Part shown: positions 8,281-14,451 of the stretch, one piece after another
How positions within the stretch are numbered: position 1 is the first letter of the stretch
Layout: each line of letters opens with the position of its first letter
Origin: an uncultured Bacilli bacterium
Lineage (GTDB): Bacteria > Bacillota_I > Bacilli_A > RF39 > UBA660
Assembly: GCA_947630945.1 (NCBI GenBank)
Contig: CANRJN010000033.1
Span: 1 to 15,471, forward strand
DNA: 15,471 nucleotides
Direction of reading: 5' to 3'
Program-made: the position numbers and the translations under genes
Notes under the pieces: generated by a model
What the model saw: the letters and a program-made list of their open reading frames with translations, nothing else
Databases searched by the model: none
Told to the model about the DNA's origin: nothing

Positions 8281-8984
8281 GAACACTTAACAAGACAAGG
8301 CATTTAGAATAATTAATCAAATTACCGTTGATCTTGAAAATATGAAAGAAGTTACATAAATTAGTAAAGATGTACAATATTTACTTATGATTCCTTTTTC
8401 AATAGTTTGTTTTTTGTTATATATATATATATTGTTTAGTAATAGCATATTTTGTTAAAAGAAAAAAACTTAAAAAATATTCATTATTTTGTTTCTTCTA
8501 AATTATCTTATGAAGAATTATGGGAAGTTATATTTGATTATGTTAATAAAAAATATGATATTGACAAATTTGAAAATATATTTATTTCTGGTGATGGTGC
8601 ACCTGGTATTAAAAATTATACTAATTGCTTCCCTAATGCTAAATTTGTCTTAGATCCATTCCATTATATTAGAAAACATTTAAATGTTATTTTTAAAGAT
8701 AATATTGATTTAAGAAATATTGCTGATAGCTATATAAGAAATGATTTGATTTCTGATTTTAAATTTTTAGTTCAATCTCAAATAGAAAAGTATCCTAATG
8801 ATAAAAATAATATAACTTATCATATGAATTATATTATAAATAATTTAGATGGTATTAAAAATCAACATGATAAGGTTATAAAATTCATTGTTCTATGGAA
8901 GGACATGTTAATTAAGCTTTTGCTAGATATATTACTTCTTCTCCTATAAGAATATTCGTCATCATTAGAATACAATCTATCTAA
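8281..8984 (+). pseudogene. Decayed DDE transposase remnant (UPF0236/ISLre2-like; ISL3-like not excluded)
   Basis: The 165-aa ORF contains ...FISGDGAPGIKNYTNCFPNAKFVLDPFHYIRK..., a GDGA..I / LD.FH pattern typical of these transposases. The N-terminal half is missing. There is a frameshift near 8870-8890, and the continuation frame (GYKIHCSMEGHVN*AFARYITSSPIRIF...) carries an in-frame TAA at 8913-8915. The remnant ends at 8984, abutting the stop of the convergent vWA gene. Confidence 0.5.
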
Positions 8985-10493
8985 TTATTCTCCATTTATT
9001 AATATTACTCTTCCACCTTTTGGATTTATTTTATTTTCTCCAAATACTATCCAAATAGCATCCATAGGCATATCAGGCATTTCTGCTTTTCCATCAGTAA
9101 ATATTATTTTATTTTCAACTCTTCTTGTAAATGCTTTAACTGCTGTATTAAAGTCAGTTCCACCACCACCTTGAAATTCCATATTTTCAATATCTTCTTC
9201 TCTTCTTATTTCATAAAAACCATAAAATTCTGTATCAAAACATCCAACTTTTAATCTTGAATGTTGCAAAATGTTTTTACATTCTCTTAAAAAATTTCTA
9301 AGTAATGTTTCATCTATTGAACCACTTGTATCTAATACTATTTCAGTTTCTGGCATAGGTTGTTCTTCTAATGTAGCACTTAATACTCCATCTTCAATAT
9401 AAGCATTTTTATAAGACCAATCAATATCATATTTAATTGTTTCTCTTAAAATATATCTCCAATCTAATATTTGTCTAGATTTTCCAATATCATTTACAAC
9501 TCTTTGAGCACCAGTTGAATAATTACCTGCTCCCATAGATTGTTGAGATAACATTTCTTTTAATTTTTCTAATTCTTTTCTTTTATTTTCTAAATGTTTT
9601 TTAAATGCTTTTTTTTCTCCCATTTTACTAATTTTATCTATTTCATCTTTTAATTCTTTATTTTTATCATTTTCTTTAATTTTCTTTAAAGCATCTTTCC
9701 ACATACTATGCGTATCATGTCCAACATCTTTATCTTCACTGTCTTCTTTATTTTCATTAGAATCTTTTTCTTTATCTTTCGAAGAGTTTTCATTACCATG
9801 TTGTTTATCTTTTTCTATACCATCTTTATCTTCTTTTTCTTCTGCTGAATTACCTTCTTTATCTACTTTATCTGAATCATTATTATTTTGTGATGAACCA
9901 CTTTGACCATTTTGATTTTGAGATGATAGATTATTTTCTTGATTATCTTCACTTTGATTACTATTTTGTGATGAATTTCCTTGACCATTTTGATTTTGAG
10001 ATGATTGATTATTTGATGAATTTTGTTTATTTGAGTTGTTTTGTTGATTATTTTGATTATTCTCTTGTTGATTTGATTCATTATTTTTATTAGAATCTTT
10101 TTGTTCTTTTAGTAATTTTTCATATAGTTGTTCTGAATCATAATTAATAGCTTCTGGTATATCTACTGCACCTTTAACCATTTTTAATCCATCACGTTTT
10201 AATAATTGATTTATTACACCATCTGTAGCTATATTCCAAACACTTGGATTTTTATCTTCACTTTTTTTTATATGATCAAATGCAATATGGCAAACTTCAT
10301 GAGCAAATACAAAAGTTTGTTGATCTGAATCTAATCCATTTAAAAACTTAGAATTATAATATATATTTTTTCCATCAGTAGCTGCTGTTGGTATATCATT
10401 ATTTTCTTTATAATTTACATTTGCTAATACACTACCAAAAAATCCATATTTTACATACATTCTTCTTTTAATTTCTTCAATATCAAAATTCAT
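8985..10493 (-). CDS. HExxH metallopeptidase-like N-domain plus C-terminal vWA domain with complete MIDAS (DUF2201_N/DUF2201-like), split by a long low-complexity linker
   Basis: 502-aa ORF. The N-domain has FVFAHEVCHIAFDH (HExxH). The C-domain has VLDTSGSI (DxSxS), GGGTDF and IIFTDG, the canonical MIDAS elements. The RBS GGAGAA lies inside the end of the upstream gene, and the intergenic gap is 3 nt. Confidence 0.8.
   Translation of the reverse strand: MNFDIEEIKRRMYVKYGFFGSVLANVNYKENNDIPTAATDGKNIYYNSKFLNGLDSDQQTFVFAHEVCHIAFDHIKKSEDKNPSVWNIATDGVINQLLKRDGLKMVKGAVDIPEAINYDSEQLYEKLLKEQKDSNKNNESNQQENNQNNQQNNSNKQNSSNNQSSQNQNGQGNSSQNSNQSEDNQENNLSSQNQNGQSGSSQNNNDSDKVDKEGNSAEEKEDKDGIEKDKQHGNENSSKDKEKDSNENKEDSEDKDVGHDTHSMWKDALKKIKENDKNKELKDEIDKISKMGEKKAFKKHLENKRKELEKLKEMLSQQSMGAGNYSTGAQRVVNDIGKSRQILDWRYILRETIKYDIDWSYKNAYIEDGVLSATLEEQPMPETEIVLDTSGSIDETLLRNFLRECKNILQHSRLKVGCFDTEFYGFYEIRREEDIENMEFQGGGGTDFNTAVKAFTRRVENKIIFTDGKAEMPDMPMDAIWIVFGENKINPKGGRVILINGE
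9884..10005. repeat. Coding direct repeat inside the low-complexity linker
   Basis: A ~44-bp unit at 9884-9927 recurs at 9962-10005 (78-bp offset). It includes a perfect 25-mer TTGACCATTTTGATTTTGAGATGAT at 9903-9927 and 9981-10005, and encodes SSQNQNGQ(S/G)... twice. Confidence 0.8.
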
Positions 10494-10496
10494 AAT

Positions 10497-10889
10497 CTAT
10501 TCTCCAATATGAGCAACTAATGAATAAATTTTTTCATTAATTGTATCTTTATTTATTTTGTTTGCTGTTATAATTATTACAATATTTTCAGGTAATTCAA
10601 AAATTGATATTTTTCTATATTTTAATAATTCAACAAATTTTAATTGATCTTCTTTAGAAATACTATCAATATTATTTATAACTAATACTTGTTTATTTTT
10701 TAATTCATAATACCAATCAGGAGCAACAAAATCTATATTTTCATAATGTCCATTTAATTTATTTTTATCTATATCTGCATTTAATATTATTGAGTCTGGA
10801 AAGCTATTTCCATCTATAAAATCAATTAAAATTGGAGATATATTATTTTTAATATATTCTTTTAACAAATTAATTTTTGTTTTATTCAT
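10497..10889 (-). CDS. P-loop-less, Walker-B-degenerate paralog of the adjacent AAA+ core (pseudo-ATPase subunit)
   Basis: The 130-aa ORF aligns by eye with residues ~240-400 of the 542-aa ATPase:
- IDFVAPDWYYELKNKQVLVINNID vs IDIKPSWLKKLENI...HIVFFDEI
- LPENIVIIITAN vs LPDNARIVAAGN
- YSLVAHI vs FNRFAHV
The GPSSEGKS P-loop segment is replaced by IDGNSFPDS. RBS GGGGGA; 2-nt gap after the ATPase stop. Confidence 0.65.
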   Translation of the reverse strand: MNKTKINLLKEYIKNNISPILIDFIDGNSFPDSIILNADIDKNKLNGHYENIDFVAPDWYYELKNKQVLVINNIDSISKEDQLKFVELLKYRKISIFELPENIVIIITANKINKDTINEKIYSLVAHIGE

Positions 10890-10891
10890 AT

Positions 10892-12520
10892 TTATCCCCC
10901 TAATTGTAATTTCTTTATAGCTACTTGTTCTAATCTTTTTTCATTTCCCTGTGCATATAAGGAATTAAATATTGATTCAAACTCAGGTCCTATTTTTGAT
11001 ACAAAACTTCTTACTTTATCATAGTTTTCTTCATCTACTTGTGATAAATTTACTGCTGTTAAATATAATGATGCTGTATTTAATAATGCTATGTCTTCTA
11101 ATGTGTATTTGTCTTGTAATACTCCTTCTAATGTTATTACCTCTTGATTACAAAATTCTACAAATTCATTTGTTATATCTTCTCCTACTAGTGATCTTAT
11201 CATTTTTGGATTTCCTGTCTTATATAACATCTTTGATGCCATTTCCCATTTCCTTGGATCTGCATTTGGTTTTTCTCCTGTATATTTACTTCTAAGTGAT
11301 CTTCCACCTGTGTATGCAATATATGCACATATTGCTGGGTGTATATTATTTTCACTTGCCCACTTTAACCAACCATCTGGTGTTGTTTTTATATATACAT
11401 GAGCAAATCTATTAAATAATGGTTCTGCAAGTTGATTTGCTGCGAGTGAATCTTTCATTTCATTTCCTGCAGCTACTATTCTTGCATTATCTGGTAGTTT
11501 CCATATTCCATTTACTTCTTTATCTAATATTATATTAAAAGCAATACCTTGAATACTTGGAAGAGCATTTGTAATTTCATCAAAAAATACAATGTGTAAT
11601 TTATCTGGTTCACTCTCACAAATATTCTCTAATTTTTTAAGCCAAGATGGTTTAATATCAATCATTTCATGAGTATCTTGATTATACACACTTTTTCCAT
11701 TTAAACTTTCAGGACTTGAATTTCTTAAATATATTATTATTGCATTTGGATCAATTTGTTTTACTCTTGAACTTTTTCCTTCACTTGAAGGTCCATGTAA
11801 AAATACTGCTACTCCACTTTCAATAGATCCTTTAATTATTTCTTCTTCACTTACTGAATCAAACGTTAAATTATATGGATTCTGTTTAAAATTTCTTTCT
11901 TTATTTGTATTTTTCACTATACTATTAGTCTTTTTTGATGATAATGAATTATCTAAACCTAAATCTTTTATCATATAATTATCTAAATATTCTTTCATTA
12001 CTGTTGCAGAAAAATTGCCATCATAATCTTTATCTTTTGACTGAAATGGTATACCAGATAAAAGACATCTTTTAGATATTAAAGTTTTAGTTTTTCTATC
12101 TATTAACCATCTAACAGGCGATACTTTTATCCATATTCTGCCATAATCTGTATATAATTTTCCATCTGATAATATAAATGGTTTAATAACATATTTATTT
12201 GTTCCTGCTTTTATTGAACTTGCTGACTCTATTCTAATATATTTTTTATTATTATATTCGTATTCATCATAATTAATAGGTTGAAATCCTTTAGAATCAT
12301 CAACATTTGCTTTATTAAAAGTATAATTTTTACCTGTTTTTTTCATATTACCATCATGATATTCATTCTCTAACACTTCTTGAATATCAGAATCTGGAAC
12401 ATATTGTGGATATTCACCAAGTTCTACTTCTTCACAATCATTATATCCACGTATAATACTGATTAGTAAATTGATGAATTTGCAAATCATTGATTTATTA
12501 GTATAATAATTTTTAATCAT
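10892..12520 (-). CDS. AAA+ ATPase of the AAA_5/MoxR-like type with an N-terminal ~230-aa DUF6273-like (N-half) domain
   Basis: Motifs: Walker A FLHGPSSEGKSS, Walker B LHIVFFDEITNA, sensor-1 RIVAAGNE, LFNRFAHV. The N-terminus has LGEYPQ...PVRWLIDRKTKTLISKRCLL...FSATVMKEYLDNY, resembling the first half of DUF6273. There is no RBS upstream of the tracked ATG. The frame stays open upstream to 12556, into or adjacent to the IS110 element. Confidence 0.8.
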   Translation of the reverse strand: MIKNYYTNKSMICKFINLLISIIRGYNDCEEVELGEYPQYVPDSDIQEVLENEYHDGNMKKTGKNYTFNKANVDDSKGFQPINYDEYEYNNKKYIRIESASSIKAGTNKYVIKPFILSDGKLYTDYGRIWIKVSPVRWLIDRKTKTLISKRCLLSGIPFQSKDKDYDGNFSATVMKEYLDNYMIKDLGLDNSLSSKKTNSIVKNTNKERNFKQNPYNLTFDSVSEEEIIKGSIESGVAVFLHGPSSEGKSSRVKQIDPNAIIIYLRNSSPESLNGKSVYNQDTHEMIDIKPSWLKKLENICESEPDKLHIVFFDEITNALPSIQGIAFNIILDKEVNGIWKLPDNARIVAAGNEMKDSLAANQLAEPLFNRFAHVYIKTTPDGWLKWASENNIHPAICAYIAYTGGRSLRSKYTGEKPNADPRKWEMASKMLYKTGNPKMIRSLVGEDITNEFVEFCNQEVITLEGVLQDKYTLEDIALLNTASLYLTAVNLSQVDEENYDKVRSFVSKIGPEFESIFNSLYAQGNEKRLEQVAIKKLQLGG

Positions 12521-12543
12521 TTTTATAAAAATGATTAAAAATT
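12508..12543. repeat. Perfect 36-bp palindrome covering the ATPase start codon
   Basis: AATTTTTAATCATTTTTA|TAAAAATGATTAAAAATT is an exact reverse complement of itself. Positions 12507 and 12544 no longer pair. Confidence 0.95.
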
Positions 12544-12544
12544 T

Positions 12545-12713
12545 ACGCGGTTGAGTTTAGGCAAATTATAACAGGGGTTTTCATATCCATTGAAATGACG
12601 GCCTAGCTCTTTTCTTTTTATGTTCCTAGTTTTAGAATGTGAGAATTTATTTCTATATAACAAGCGTGATGAGGAGTAAGAGGTTAAAAAGAGTTCAATC
12701 GTAAAATGAAAGG
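12545..12713 (+). ncRNA. Candidate IS110 bridge RNA (non-coding left end upstream of the recombinase)
   Basis: Locally elevated G+C (ACGCGG, CAGGGG, GACGGCCTAGC, GCGTGATGAGGAG) in an otherwise ~20% GC window, with no ORF. A possible long-range helix pairs 12605-12613 (AGCTCTTTT) with 12687-12695 (AAAAGAGTT). The position matches where IS110-group elements encode their guide RNA. Confidence 0.45.
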
Positions 12714-13904
12714 ATGGTGCTTATGCACAATTGTTTAGCTATTGATGTAGCTAAAGGCAAAAGTATGGTTACTTTAATTAGTTCTTGTGGTGAAGTTCTA
12801 ATTAATCCATACGAAATTAATCATTCTATTAATGATTTTTCTAATTTACTTAATAGAATTAAAAAATTAAAATTAGATAATGTTTCTGTAATAATGGAAT
12901 CTACTGGTATTTATCATAAACCTGTTGAAAGATTTTTCTTAGAAAACAATTTCAAAGTTTTTGTTATTAATCCCATTTATGGAAAAATGCAAAAAAGGAA
13001 TATTAGAAAGACTAAAACTGATAAAGAAGATTGTTTTAATTTAGCTAATCTATTTTTTACTAATGCTTTTAAACAATATAATAAACCAGATAAGTTATAT
13101 TTAGATTTGAATGCTTTATCTAGACAATATTTTGCTTTGGATGAATTATGTGTAAATATTAAGAATAGGTATCGTAATCTACTTTATTTATGCTTTCCTG
13201 AATTTGAAAAAATATTTAAAGGCAATACAATTTATTCTAATCTTGCTTTAGAATTTATTGAAAAATATCCTCATGCTGATATTATTTCTAATACTAGAAT
13301 AGATAAATTACAGAATTTCTTTAAAAAACATGAATTTAGATACTGGAAGAAAAAGGCATCTATGATTAAAGAATTTGCTTTTAATTCTTACCCATCTGTT
13401 AATGAGAATGATGAACTTGTTTCTAACTTATCACAAATAGCTGGATTAATTATTGAGTATCAAAAATCAATCGATATAATTAAATATAAAATTATTTTTC
13501 TAGCAAAGAAAACTAAATATTTTGATTCTATTAATTCTATATTTGGTGTTGGTGAATTTACTACTTCTATTATTATTGCTGAGTTAGGTGATATTAATAG
13601 ATTTCATAATATTAAAGAATTAACTGCTTATTGTGGTTTAGATCCATCTATTAAACAATCAGGAAAGTCTATTAATGTTCATGGCCCTATTTCCAAATCA
13701 GGAAATAAATATATTAGAAAAATCTTATTTATTATTTGTTTAAATATTATTAAACTATCTTCTAAATGCCATAATGAAAATGATATTGAAATTTATTACA
13801 GAAAAAAGCGTAACGAAGGTAAACATCATTACGCCGCAACAATTGCTTGTACAACTAAACTTCTTCGACAAATTTTAGCTTTGTGTAAGCAATTAGATAA
13901 GTAG
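12714..13904 (+). CDS. IS110-family transposase/recombinase (DEDD RuvC-like N-domain plus Tnp C-domain)
   Basis: The N-terminus CLAIDVAKGKS...IMESTGIYH is typical of the DEDD_Tnp_IS110 domain. The C-terminus has FGVGEFTTSIIIAELGDINRFHNIKELTAYCGLDPSIKQSGKS (Transposase_20-like). The likely true start is the ATG at 12723, which has 9-nt spacing from AAAGGA. Confidence 0.9.
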   Translation: MVLMHNCLAIDVAKGKSMVTLISSCGEVLINPYEINHSINDFSNLLNRIKKLKLDNVSVIMESTGIYHKPVERFFLENNFKVFVINPIYGKMQKRNIRKTKTDKEDCFNLANLFFTNAFKQYNKPDKLYLDLNALSRQYFALDELCVNIKNRYRNLLYLCFPEFEKIFKGNTIYSNLALEFIEKYPHADIISNTRIDKLQNFFKKHEFRYWKKKASMIKEFAFNSYPSVNENDELVSNLSQIAGLIIEYQKSIDIIKYKIIFLAKKTKYFDSINSIFGVGEFTTSIIIAELGDINRFHNIKELTAYCGLDPSIKQSGKSINVHGPISKSGNKYIRKILFIICLNIIKLSSKCHNENDIEIYYRKKRNEGKHHYAATIACTTKLLRQILALCKQLDK

Positions 13905-14006
13905 TTACACCACATAACTACATTTAAATTATATACCAAATCAACACATTATTTCTAATTTTTTTAAAAAATAGAAATCTCGTGTGTTTTTGTTGTGTCT
14001 ATAATA

Positions 14007-14396
14007 TCACAAATATTTATGCTTGACAAATCTTAGAATGTCATTAATTTTGTTTCTCCATAATAAGTCAAATATATCAGGATTTTTTATAATTGGTCTA
14101 ATAGCAACTTGACGAAAAAATTGTAATGTAGAACCCATATTACCTGCTTCATTACCAATTATAATATTGCCAAGGATATCAGAAGATTGTGTAAAATATG
14201 AACATGTTCTACCTTTCATACTACCATCATCTGGTATACGATTAATCTCAAAGCTATATGAACCACCAGTTAATATTGCTAAATCACTTATAGCAGCAAT
14301 TGTTCCATATTTTTCTAATACTTCTAATTTTTTATTTTCCCATATTTCTTCTTTAAGTAAAGTTAATCCCTCATTACTATTCATATTTTCATCCAC
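14007..14396 (-). CDS. Small protein resembling the C-terminal half of a DUF6273-like domain
   Basis: LTLLKEEI..., ...AAISDLAILTGG..., ...GRTCSYFTQSS... and ...GNEAGNMGSTLQFFRQVAIRPII follow the order of the VFLLS / T.YA..G / WWLRS / VRPA motifs. The tracked start is GTG (14396). The ATG at 14384 (MNSNEG...), preceded by GGTGGA, is more likely. The last ~10 codons may overlap the IS110 right end. Confidence 0.5.
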   Translation of the reverse strand: MDENMNSNEGLTLLKEEIWENKKLEVLEKYGTIAAISDLAILTGGSYSFEINRIPDDGSMKGRTCSYFTQSSDILGNIIIGNEAGNMGSTLQFFRQVAIRPIIKNPDIFDLLWRNKINDILRFVKHKYL

Positions 14397-14443
14397 CTAA
14401 TTGTAATTTCTTTATAGCTACTTGCTCTAATCTTTTTTCATTT
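14378..14443 (-). repeat. Copy of the ATPase 3' end, stop, RBS and next-gene start junction (original at 10883..10946)
   Basis: 66 bp vs 64 bp, with two substitutions and one 2-bp indel. It encodes NEKRLEQVAIKKLQLGG-stop, as at the end of the 542-aa ATPase. Both substitutions are synonymous (GAA/GAG Glu, GGG/GGT Gly). Confidence 0.9.
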
Positions 14444-14451
14444 TTAAGCTC

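Larger units (their letters stand above)
12544..14000 (+). mobile_element. IS110-family insertion sequence; ends approximate (left ~12544-12556, right ~13995-14045)
   Basis: Contains an IS110-type DEDD transposase gene and a ~170-bp GC-enriched non-coding leader. No terminal inverted repeats were found, as expected for this family. Hairpin GTAGTTA(13901-13907)/TAACTAC(13915-13921) overlaps the stop codon. Exact ends cannot be fixed from a single copy. Confidence 0.8.

Noticed and set aside
8418-8432. (TA)7 microsatellite upstream of the transposase remnant
   Set aside because: It is a short dinucleotide run of the kind expected in ~20% GC DNA. It lies in decayed sequence, and nothing suggests phase-variable control of a functional gene.
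9863-10093. Two overlapping ORFs (72 aa on the minus strand in another frame, 67 aa on the plus strand) in the vWA gene linker
   Set aside because: They are generated by the repetitive low-complexity DNA. The translations are periodic nonsense (KIKMVK..., DHFDFEMIDY...), and they lie wholly within the 502-aa CDS.
10972-11295. 107-aa plus-strand ORF inside the AAA+ ATPase gene
   Set aside because: It is antisense to a gene with intact Walker A/B and sensor motifs. It gives an L/I/F-rich artefactual translation and has no RBS.
12531-12554. Plus-strand mirror of the ATPase start (ATGATTAAAAATTTACGCGGTTGA, a 7-codon ORF)
   Set aside because: It is a by-product of the 36-bp palindrome. It is too short to be a gene and has no RBS.
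14023-14028. Perfect TTGACA near the IS110 right end as an outward or junction -35 element
   Set aside because: I found no correctly spaced -10 partner in the left end for any plausible pair of IS boundaries. It also lies inside the 129-aa ORF. It is mentioned only as a lead in the bridge-RNA finding.
14167-14400. 77-aa plus-strand ORF overlapping the 129-aa minus-strand ORF
   Set aside because: The minus-strand ORF has an RBS, a conserved junction context and domain-like motifs. The plus-strand ORF has none of these.
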